From Phycisphaerae bacterium (GTDB taxonomy: Bacteria; Planctomycetota; Phycisphaerae; Sedimentisphaerales; Anaerobacaceae): a stretch of 64,000 bases of DNA. The stretch covers positions 1,509-65,508 of the forward strand of contig JAUXAL010000008.1 in the NCBI GenBank assembly GCA_030619925.1, written 5' to 3'. Below are positions 53,625-61,689 of the stretch, piece after piece (positions within the stretch are counted from its first letter, which is position 1; the number at the start of each line of letters is the position of its first letter). The notes beneath the pieces are model-generated. The model did no database searches and had not been told where the DNA came from. It saw only the letters and a list, made by a program, of their open reading frames with translations. The position numbers were made by a program, and so were the translations under genes.

Positions 53625-54437
53625 ATGGGCAAACAAAAGGCTTTTACCCTGATAGAACTTCTGGTGGTAATTGCCATTATCGCTATATTGATGGCGATAT
53701 TGATGCCCGCACTGAATAAAGCCAGAGAACAGGGCAAACGTGCGGCCTGCCTGAGCAATCTAAAGCAGCTGACACTTTCATGGATTATGTATGCAGATGA
53801 AAACGACGACAAAATTGTTAGCGGCGACGGAGGTGTTTGGCACACATATAATGGGGTCGTTGAGACCCCCTGGGTCGGCAGGTGTTGGCACAGTAATTAC
53901 AGAGGCGGCGACCAGCTACCGGTGGAAGAGCAAAAACTTGAAATCAAAAAAGGAGCTCTATGGTCGTATTGTAAGAACCTGCAGCTCTACCGCTGCCCGA
54001 CCGGTACGCGAGGAGAGCTGGTAACCTATGCTGCAATGGATTCTATGAATGGTCATCCTCTGCCGAATAATCCCAAGGGCAGAGGTGCAGACGCCGTCAT
54101 AAAGAGATTGCTCATTAAGAAACGGCTCACGATTCGCAGCCCGGATCAGAGGATAGTTTTTATTGATGAAGGCTGGGTAACACCGGACAGTTACGCTGTT
54201 TATCAAAATAGACAAGAATGGTGGGACGACCCTATGGTGCGGCACGGTAACGGGACGAGCGTTTCTCTTGCAGATGGTCACAGCGAATACTGGAAGTGGA
54301 AAGGCCCCGAGACGATAAAGGGCGGCAAGCTGCGCGACCGCACTCACCCTTCCCAGCATGTTGTGCCTCAAAGCGAGCCGGGCCACGAGGATTTGTACAG
54401 AGTCAGGAAGTCCTGTTGGTGGGAGATAGAGGGTTAG
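53625..54437 (+). CDS. prepilin-leader protein with canonical H-X9-DG motif (paralog 8, divergent subfamily)
   Basis: [40 protein letters not shown]-terminal [19 protein letters not shown] (H-x9-DG). Confidence 0.85.
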   Translation: MGKQKAFTLIELLVVIAIIAILMAILMPALNKAREQGKRAACLSNLKQLTLSWIMYADENDDKIVSGDGGVWHTYNGVVETPWVGRCWHSNYRGGDQLPVEEQKLEIKKGALWSYCKNLQLYRCPTGTRGELVTYAAMDSMNGHPLPNNPKGRGADAVIKRLLIKKRLTIRSPDQRIVFIDEGWVTPDSYAVYQNRQEWWDDPMVRHGNGTSVSLADGHSEYWKWKGPETIKGGKLRDRTHPSQHVVPQSEPGHEDLYRVRKSCWWEIEG

Positions 54438-54613
54438 ATAAAGCCATAGGCAATTTTTTGTGCTTCTTGTTTTTTGTTCGTCGGCCGTAGATAATCGAGG
54501 GACTCCTCAAGCTGATTCGTCAATAAGCAGGTACTGCGATGGGATTCTATGGTTCCGGTTCTGCTATCTGACGCAAACCTGTGTGCCTATCGGCTCAAGT
54601 TGGAAGGAGCTTT

Positions 54614-54895
54614 TTAACTGTGCGGCTTTCCGTTTATTAACGCAGCTAATAGGATATGTCTTAACCTGTCAACGCTGAGGTTGTTGAGGTAATCTTCGGT
54701 AAAATCCAGCTTAAATCGGCCTCTGAAATTTTTGATTCGTTTCTCAAGCTCGGTCCTGCCTAAAGCAGCGATTGAAGTAGTCGTTTGTTCGAAGTACTCT
54801 CTTGAACCCATCGTCTTGACCTTTGAAGGACCAATTCTTAATAAGTTGGATTTGCATTCAGTATCGTCCCTTGCGTCAACCCACTTCTGCGACAA
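54614..54895 (-). CDS. small hypothetical protein
   Basis: 93-aa ORF (or 65 aa from the ATG at 54811) with plausible helical composition (TELEKRIKNFRGRFKLDFTEDYLNNLSVDRLRHILLAAL). No recognised motif. Confidence 0.4.
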   Translation of the reverse strand: MSQKWVDARDDTECKSNLLRIGPSKVKTMGSREYFEQTTTSIAALGRTELEKRIKNFRGRFKLDFTEDYLNNLSVDRLRHILLAALINGKPHS

Positions 54896-54985
54896 ATTCC
54901 GTATCGCATTCCAAACCCTTAAATTAGCTTATTATTGGCCTAAAATTTTTTTGTCATTTTGCCGACCGTCTGATAACGTTGGGTT

Positions 54986-56035
54986 ATGAAGACGGAAAAG
55001 CTAAATTATCACCTGCCACCCGAGTTGATTGCCCAGCAGCCTCTTGGTATTCGAAGCGACTCGCGGCTGCTGGCTCTTAATCGCTCCAAAGGCGATATTT
55101 TGGACAGCCGGTTCAGCAAACTCGGCGATTTTCTCTCGCCCGGAGATTGCCTTGTGCTCAACGATACGAAGGTTTTGCCCGCTCGTTTTTTTGCACGTCG
55201 AACTACCGGTGGAAAACTCGAAGGTTTATTCCTCGCCCAAAATACTGATAGAACCTGGGATATAATGATAAAAGGTACACGCAAACTAAAACCCGGCGAC
55301 CTGTTATATCTGAAGGACAGGCAAAAAGATGATTTTTGCAAAGCAACTTTGCTCGAAAAGAAGGGTGACGGCAGATGCCGGCTGAAGCTAAAAACGGATG
55401 CAGACGCCGAGACTGTCCTCGATAGAATTGGCTTTCCACCACTGCCGCCATATATCAAACGTGACGACGACCCTGCTGTAGCCCAGGTGGATAAACTGCG
55501 GTATCAAACGGTTTATGCCCGCGAGCCCGGCGCCGTCGCGGCGCCAACCGCTGGGCTGCACTTTACAAACGGGCTGATCGAGCAATTAAAACAGGCCGGA
55601 ATCCGCTTTGCGTATATAACGCTGCATGTAGGAACAGGGACATTTAAACCGATAACCGCAGAGAATCTCGAAGACCACAAAATCCATCAGGAGCGGTTCA
55701 GCATCGACGAGAAAAACGCCCGGATAATAAACGCAGCAAAAAGCAAGGGCGGGCGAATAATCCCTGTCGGCACAACTTCGACACGGACCCTCGAGACAAT
55801 AGCCGCCGGCTCAAAAATCAAAGCCGTAAGTAGCACAACAAGTTTATTCATAAAGCCCGGCTATGAATTTAAAATCACCGATGCAATGATAACAAATTTT
55901 CATCTGCCGAAATCGACGTTGCTTGCACTTGTGGCGGCCTTTGCGGGACTGGAAAACATCCTCGCCGCTTACAATCACGCTATCGAGCAGCGATACCGCT
56001 TCTATTCCTACGGCGACGCAATGCTGATTATCTGA
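54986..56035 (+). CDS. queA: S-adenosylmethionine:tRNA ribosyltransferase-isomerase
   Basis: YHLPPELIAQQPL N-terminus, PLPPYI, GAVAAPTAGLHFT, GTTSTRTLE motifs, 349 aa. Confidence 0.9.
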   Translation: MKTEKLNYHLPPELIAQQPLGIRSDSRLLALNRSKGDILDSRFSKLGDFLSPGDCLVLNDTKVLPARFFARRTTGGKLEGLFLAQNTDRTWDIMIKGTRKLKPGDLLYLKDRQKDDFCKATLLEKKGDGRCRLKLKTDADAETVLDRIGFPPLPPYIKRDDDPAVAQVDKLRYQTVYAREPGAVAAPTAGLHFTNGLIEQLKQAGIRFAYITLHVGTGTFKPITAENLEDHKIHQERFSIDEKNARIINAAKSKGGRIIPVGTTSTRTLETIAAGSKIKAVSSTTSLFIKPGYEFKITDAMITNFHLPKSTLLALVAAFAGLENILAAYNHAIEQRYRFYSYGDAMLII

Positions 56036-56081
56036 AAAGCCAGGAACATAAAGCTAATTCGCTTCTGACCCCTGTAGTTAA

Positions 56082-57212
56082 TTACTTATACATCTTGTCA
56101 AAATAGTGCTGGGCGCTGACCACTGCACCTCTCATCACATCTTCAGCCTTGGCAGTCTCTCGCTTGGCGAGCACGTCCATCAGCCCGGCCGTATCCAGCT
56201 CTCGCGCAGCTTTTTCGCAGGCCTCCCAGCTCAGCACACTTCTTACCACTCTGTCGATTCCCTGCTCGCTGGTATCGTATGCCCGCGTTTGCATATCATG
56301 GCCTTTCCACCGGCTAAAGCCGGCCTGCTGGATAAGTCCCGCGATTGCAACGTTCATTCCGTTTACTCTGGCCCCGTGGTCGATGTCATACTTGCCGGGC
56401 CCGCCGAGAATAATACCGTCGTTGTAGCCCTGGCTGTTCAGATGCATATGCACCATCATATCGTTATCCAGCTCTTCGACTGTGTCGTATACGTGGTCAA
56501 GCCCTATCATTTCTGAATGTCCGAACTCTTTGTTTACACCTTTCTTATCTCTGGAAACTCCGAACTCATCCTCGATTTTTCTCCAGAACAAAAGCGCACT
56601 TGCCACCGTCGGGATTAACATCGCGGGGTGTCCCTCGTTCGGCTTCGGCTCAAAGCCTATATAGAGACTGCCACCTTTCTCTTCTTCGTATTTACACAAC
56701 CCGGCGATGCTTTCCTTGAGATTCTGATACATCTGCCGGATGCCGACAGTGGCAATGTCATAACCAAACGAGCCGTTCCAGATTATAAGCGATGGCGCCT
56801 TGTCCGCTTCCGGATGCCACGCCTTTTTGAGAGGCCCATAGGTCAAATCGACCGTCCTTGTGCCCAGGTCCTCAGCCGCCTTTCTTTCGTTCGCATCCAG
56901 CGACGCAACCCCGCCGTACGCAAAGTGACAATGCGCACCCGGCGTAACCATCGCCAGATACAGCCCCGTATCCACGAGCGCATCGGCCACCGCCGCGGCA
57001 TTGTCGTCATCGACTTCCGCATCGTAGTGTATCTCGATACCCAGCTCGATGTTGTCCGGCAGCCGTGGGGCGATTTTGTCGCCTACCAGCTTAATCATCT
57101 CCGGCGTGCCGAACTTGCCGCCCCACTCCGGCCGCATGTCCCCCGGCACAAACCCACCCTTACCCGGATTAAACGTCCATCTGCAAATACTATGCAAAGA
57201 TTTCTTTGCCAT
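56082..57212 (-). CDS. xylA: xylose isomerase-like TIM-barrel sugar isomerase (probable divergent class-I-type xylose isomerase)
   Basis: FEPKPNEGHPAMLIPTV, VNKEFGHSEMIGL and HMHLNSQ segments parallel the EPKPNEP, NPEVGHEQMAG and HIDLNGQ motifs of xylose isomerases. Start set at ATG 57212 after an AAAGGAG RBS. Adjacent to an FGGY kinase. Confidence 0.6.
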   Translation of the reverse strand: MAKKSLHSICRWTFNPGKGGFVPGDMRPEWGGKFGTPEMIKLVGDKIAPRLPDNIELGIEIHYDAEVDDDNAAAVADALVDTGLYLAMVTPGAHCHFAYGGVASLDANERKAAEDLGTRTVDLTYGPLKKAWHPEADKAPSLIIWNGSFGYDIATVGIRQMYQNLKESIAGLCKYEEEKGGSLYIGFEPKPNEGHPAMLIPTVASALLFWRKIEDEFGVSRDKKGVNKEFGHSEMIGLDHVYDTVEELDNDMMVHMHLNSQGYNDGIILGGPGKYDIDHGARVNGMNVAIAGLIQQAGFSRWKGHDMQTRAYDTSEQGIDRVVRSVLSWEACEKAARELDTAGLMDVLAKRETAKAEDVMRGAVVSAQHYFDKMYK

Positions 57213-57258
57213 TTTACCTGCTCCTTTCGGTTTTTTGCCACAAAGACACCAAGACATT

Positions 57259-57317
57259 CCCCACACGTAAGTGTGGGGTCTCTTTGTTTTTTCGCCTCCA
57301 CACATTTACATGTGTGG
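57259..57317. repeat. two hairpins with the same CCACAC/GTGTGG stem between xylB and xylA
   Basis: ccccacac-gtaa-gtgtgggg (57259-57278) and ccacacat-ttac-atgtgtgg (57298-57317). Confidence 0.7.
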
Positions 57318-57333
57318 TATCTTTCTTTGTGCC

Positions 57334-58869
57334 TTAGTGGCTCGTGGTCAATTGCCGTTTCAAAACATCTTCCCACCTTTTATAGGCCTCTTGATATGCT
57401 CCTGTTAGTTTTTCGTTGGGCTCGATTGTCTTGACAGGCTCTAAGCCGACAAAAGCATCCTCTGCTCCGCTGTAGATGCCTGCACCAATACCTGCTCCCC
57501 TCGCGGCCCCTTGCGAACCATCGGTATTGTATAGTTCCACGGTCGCGCCGGTAATCGTTGCAAAGGCCTCCGCAAACAGCGGACTCAAGAACATATTGGC
57601 ATTTCCCGCCTTGACGGTCTTTAGTTCAATTCCCATATTGCGCATTATCCCAAGCCCGTAATTCAGCGCAAAAACGATTCCTTCCTGGGCAGCCCTGAGA
57701 AAATGGGCCTTTTTGTGCACATTAAAATTCCATCCGTGAACAGATGCCCCTATATTCTTATTTTCCAGCGTTCTTTCAGCCCCGTTGCCATAGGGGAGTA
57801 TTACCAGCCCGTCGGACCCAACCGCAATTTTCGCCGCCAGTTTGTTCATCTGGTCATAGTCTAACGGCTGGCCGCTTTCAAAATTATGTTTCAACCAACT
57901 ATTCAGAATCCCCGTCCCGTTAAGGCAAAGCAATACACCGTACCTGGGACTGCTCTGTGAATGATTGACATGAACGAATATGTTTACGCGCGACTGCTGG
58001 TCATAGTTTTTCTTGTCGCTGATTCCGTACACCACACCCGAAGTGCCGGCCGTAACAGCGATTTGCCCGGGCTCTAATACGCCTAATGACAGAGCGTTAT
58101 TAGGCTGGTCGCCGGCCCTGTAGCTTATTTTGGTCCCGGCCTTAAGTCCCAGCTCATCCGCGGCAGCCGCTGTTAGCCGGCCCTGGACGGAAAACGTAGG
58201 GACTGTTTCGGCAACCAGCTTGGAGGAAATGCCGTAGTTTTCGAGCACAAATTCAGCTAATCCGTCGCTCTCGAAATCCCACATTATCCCTTCAGACAAA
58301 CCCGAGGGAGTCGTTTTTATCTCGCCGGTCATCTTCATCGCAATATAGTCGCCCGGCAGCATTATTTTATGAATTTTAGAATAAACCTCCGGCTCATTTT
58401 CTATGACCCATCTTAATTTCGACGCTGTAAAATTGCCCGGCAGGTTGAACAATCTTTTGAGGCACTTTTCTTTCCCGATATCTTCTGCCGCCTTTTCGCC
58501 GATATGCACTGCTCTGCTGTCGCACCAGATTATCGACGGCCTCAGCACCTCTTTATTTTCATCCACCACAACCAGTCCGTGCATCTGGTACGAAATCCCA
58601 ATCGCCTCCACATCCTTTAGCGTATAGCGTTTAGCGTTTAGTTTTCTATCCGCTGTACGCTGTACGCTATTCGCTATCTCTCTTGTGGCTTTCCTGACGT
58701 GCTCCCACCAGACTTCAGGGTGCTGCTCAGCCCAGCCTAACTCTTCTGCGACAATCTCCAATTCTTTTTCCGGCGAAGTCGCCGTCGCTAGCACCTTACC
58801 CGTCTGGCCTTCCATCAGCGTTGCCTTTACGGATGAGCTTCCAACATCGTATCCCAATAATAACGCCAT
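57334..58869 (-). CDS. xylB: FGGY-family carbohydrate kinase (probable xylulokinase)
   Basis: LLGYDVGSSSVKA N-terminus, ISYQMHG, GDQPNNALSLG, GTSGVV motifs, 511 aa, upstream of the isomerase gene. Confidence 0.75.
   Translation of the reverse strand: MALLLGYDVGSSSVKATLMEGQTGKVLATATSPEKELEIVAEELGWAEQHPEVWWEHVRKATREIANSVQRTADRKLNAKRYTLKDVEAIGISYQMHGLVVVDENKEVLRPSIIWCDSRAVHIGEKAAEDIGKEKCLKRLFNLPGNFTASKLRWVIENEPEVYSKIHKIMLPGDYIAMKMTGEIKTTPSGLSEGIMWDFESDGLAEFVLENYGISSKLVAETVPTFSVQGRLTAAAADELGLKAGTKISYRAGDQPNNALSLGVLEPGQIAVTAGTSGVVYGISDKKNYDQQSRVNIFVHVNHSQSSPRYGVLLCLNGTGILNSWLKHNFESGQPLDYDQMNKLAAKIAVGSDGLVILPYGNGAERTLENKNIGASVHGWNFNVHKKAHFLRAAQEGIVFALNYGLGIMRNMGIELKTVKAGNANMFLSPLFAEAFATITGATVELYNTDGSQGAARGAGIGAGIYSGAEDAFVGLEPVKTIEPNEKLTGAYQEAYKRWEDVLKRQLTTSH
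58618..58678. repeat. two mutually complementary blocks of tandem heptamers inside xylB
   Basis: tagcgta tagcgtt tagcgtt tag (58618-58641) and cgctgta cgctgta cgctatt cgctatc (58651-58678). The blocks can pair (agcgtttagcgt / acgctgtacgct, 10 Watson-Crick pairs plus 1 wobble out of 12). Confidence 0.75.
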
Positions 58870-58938
58870 TTAATTATCCCTTTTATAATTTACTATTTAC
58901 TACTCTCCCCCCACGTGTTTTCTTTAAAAAATGTTTCA

Positions 58939-59101
58939 CCCCTGGCCTTTGGCCGGGGTAACTTTTTCTCGCCGTTGATTTAACCAAAAAAGGGCTGGCC
59001 AAGCCAGCCCTTAATTTCCTTTTATGTTTAGCCCCCGGCTTTGCCGAGGGTTGCTTTCCCGTTATGTTTAGCCCCGGCCTCTGGCCGGGGGTTGCTTTTT
59101 T
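58939..59101 (+). repeat. family of GC-rich hairpins preceded by ATGTTT(ag/ca)CCCC and followed by T tracts
   Basis: cccctggcc-ttt-ggccgggg (58939-58958), gggctgg-ccaag-ccagccc (58992-59010), ccccggcc-tct-ggccgggg + ttgctttttt (59072-59101). Direct repeat ttatgtttagcccc at 59021 and 59061. Confidence 0.65.
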
Positions 59102-59517
59102 CTTTATTACTCCGGCGGCACAATGGTAATCTCGTCTTGGCCCTTGATGCGGCCATTGTTAACGTTGCGCACAATTATGGTCTGGTTGAGCCGGCTGTGG
59201 AATTGTTGGAGCTGGTCGATGCCTATGCGAAGATGGACGGCTCGGCTCCAAGTTTGAACAAAGCTATGGAGTTGATGGGCAAATTCTACCGGGAGAGCAG
59301 AAAACCTGCCCATTAGCGCCTTATCTCACCTACCTCGCAATTTAACCGGAGAGAACGCTGAGAGCGCAGAGAAAAAATTGAAATCAAAAAAACTCAGCGG
59401 TCTCTGCGAGCTCGGCGGTAAAAAAAACAAATTCCTATACATCGGGACTTACAGCCTTACCTGTCATTGCGAGTCCGCCTTAGGCGGACGTGGCAATCTC
59501 AAATCAACTTTTTCCTC

Positions 59518-60471
59518 TTACAGCGTTCTGCGTCTCCGCAGCCAGCCAAGAAAACCTAAGCCGATGCTGCCAAGCACAACAGCGCCGGGCGCGGGGATCA
59601 GGACGATTTTGCCATCGTGGCTGATATAGAAATCATTGCCAATCAACTCGCCGCTGGCCAGTGTACCGGTCAGATATCTTGAAGGTTCATCCCACGGGAA
59701 GCCGCCAAGTATACTGGTAAGTTCACCGTAACCAAAGGGGACTCCATCGACGGCAAAATCCGACCCGATTATTGTTAAGATGCCCGATTGGTCTACAAGC
59801 AAGTAATCTCCTATCGACCCGCCGGAGATATCTACCAGGCTGCTGCCGACGGCTCTCAGGTAACTTCCTATCGACCCGCCGGAGATATCTACTTGGCTGC
59901 TGTCGTAGGCGATCAGGGGACCTCCTATCGACCCGCCGGAGAAACTGACCTGGCCGCTGTCGTAGGCCCCCAGCCACATTCCTATCGACCCGCCGGAGAA
60001 GCTGATCTGGCTGCTTTCGAAGGCGCTCAGGATATCTCTTATCGACCCGCCGGATAAACTGACCTGGCTGGTGCCGGCGGCGTCCAGCCAACCTTCTATC
60101 GACCCGCCGGACATATCTACCTGGCTGCTGCCGTAGGCAATCATGATGTCTCCTATCGACCCACCGGAGATATCTACCTGGCTGCTGTCGTAAGCATACA
60201 GGCCGGCTCCTATGGAGCCGCCGAGGATATTTACTCTGCTGTCTTCGTACGTTAGCAGGTGGTACGTTATGCTTCCGCCATCGAGGAGGTTGACTGTGGT
60301 TCGCATCGCTGTGGTGGCCTGGTAATCAACCCGCACATCTTCGTTGATTTCGTAGTCGATATCGTAGGTGGCGCCACCCGTCAAGTTGATATACCCGAGT
60401 ACCGGCGAACCGGCCACAGATAGCACTACAGCCATCACCCAAACTGTCGTTCTTGCATTTTCCATTTTCAT
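59518..60471 (-). CDS. secreted repeat protein with C-terminal PEP-CTERM-type sorting signal
   Basis: Signal peptide MKMENARTTVWVMAVVLSVAG after an AAGGAGAG RBS. Nine 19-aa GGSIGxxLxAYxSSQVDIS repeats. C-terminal IPAPGAVVLGSIGLGFLGWLRRRR. Confidence 0.8.
   Translation of the reverse strand: MKMENARTTVWVMAVVLSVAGSPVLGYINLTGGATYDIDYEINEDVRVDYQATTAMRTTVNLLDGGSITYHLLTYEDSRVNILGGSIGAGLYAYDSSQVDISGGSIGDIMIAYGSSQVDMSGGSIEGWLDAAGTSQVSLSGGSIRDILSAFESSQISFSGGSIGMWLGAYDSGQVSFSGGSIGGPLIAYDSSQVDISGGSIGSYLRAVGSSLVDISGGSIGDYLLVDQSGILTIIGSDFAVDGVPFGYGELTSILGGFPWDEPSRYLTGTLASGELIGNDFYISHDGKIVLIPAPGAVVLGSIGLGFLGWLRRRRTL
59767..60279 (-). repeat. nine tandem 57-bp (19-codon) coding repeats
   Basis: Protein repeats start at residues 81, 100, 119, 138, 157, 176, 195, 214 and 233 of ORF 59518..60519, each beginning with GGSI. 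Confidence 0.8.
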
Positions 60472-60953
60472 CTCTCCTTCCAAAAAATCGTTAGTATTTA
60501 TAGCGCACCTAATGCGCACGAATACGACCCTAAGACCTCCAAAACCTCAAATACAATGAATTGCATATACTCTCCTCCAGAATTTTTTCCTTCTTTTTCT
60601 TAACTTGAGAATGGGCAATACCGAGGAAATAACATATCATCTCATTGTCATCACCTCCTCTCTAATTGGGGCGGAATGCTCTTTTTCCGTTCGCGCCCTT
60701 GCTGCATTTGGCTCAAAGAGCAAGCGTTTTTTTGATGCAAAGCTTGATGGAAAGCAAAACAACCCTTCTCACTACTACTCCATCGTATTGAATGTAAATG
60801 ATATATTATCGGACTGGTGCAAAACAGTCAAGCTAATTTTCCCACTTTTCGGAAAAAGTGCCGAGATCGCCGCCCATCCAGCCTCGCCCGATTCCGCTAA
60901 CGAGCCACGAGCCGCGAGCCACGGCTGACGAATCACAAGTATCGAGCATCCAG

Positions 60954-61001
60954 TCTTCCGTCCTCTGTCGTCTGTCCTCTGTCTTCCGTCTTCTTTTTTC
61001 T
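60954..61001. repeat. about 7 tandem heptamers with the same TCNTCTG consensus as the hemL leader
   Basis: tcttccg tcctctg tcgtctg tcctctg tcttccg tcttctt tttctg. Confidence 0.75.
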
Positions 61002-61689
61002 GCCCTCCAACTTTAGCTCACTTCCTGCCGAGCCGTGGCTCTGGCACGGCTGGTAGGCACTTTAATTTACTTTAGTTCACTATTCACAAATCAACTAATT
61101 AACCAAATAACTAATCAACCCCTGACTCATCCACTCATTTTCCCATCACCCCACCATATACAACCACCTCCACCCCACCCGCCGCAACGTCCGATAATCT
61201 TTAGCGTTTCCTATCTTCCCTAAACTAACAAAATGTTAATTTTTAAAAAGTGCTCATTTTTACTCATTTTTGCCTAAAAAGCGCGCGTTTTTATGAATTT
61301 ATAACCAATTCATACTCACTTTTTCGTCATTTTTTGACGTTTTTATCTTATCCAACTTGCCTAAACTACGCATAATGACACACCAATCCTCGTTTTTGGC
61401 CGAAATACCAACGTCCTCACAGAAATGAACCTAAAAAACCTAAAAAACCCCAATTTTCCCAAAATTTCAAAAATTTCAGTTCTCAATTCTGTTAATCTAC
61501 GTAAGAAATTTATGGCTTTGTCTTGTCTGGTCTTTTTCGGATCATTAATACTGCCATTTGACCATCCGCGGGTGATGTGTGCGTTTGTGAAATGGTTTCA
61601 GTATTGCTTTGAGCTTTGCAAACATCCTCAAAATTGTTTGGGGTTGCGCTCAACTGCCCGAACTGTCCAACCCAGTTCACACACGGTCC

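Noticed and set aside
56628-57434. 268-aa plus-strand ORF
   Set aside because: It is antisense to the xylose-isomerase-like gene and has an Arg-rich shadow composition.
59041-59316. Overlapping 91-aa (+) and 68-aa (-) ORFs between xylB and the PEP-CTERM gene
   Set aside because: Neither has an RBS or a recognisable motif. The plus ORF starts inside GC hairpin repeats. I could not decide the strand, so no CDS was called.
60605-60928. 107-aa plus-strand ORF in the long non-coding region
   Set aside because: It has no RBS, low-complexity ends and a terminator-like hairpin in its middle. It is treated as non-coding.
143-61001. Heptamer and hairpin repeats as a CRISPR array
   Set aside because: The units are 7 nt, contiguous and degenerate, with no 25-40-nt spacers. 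No cas genes are present.
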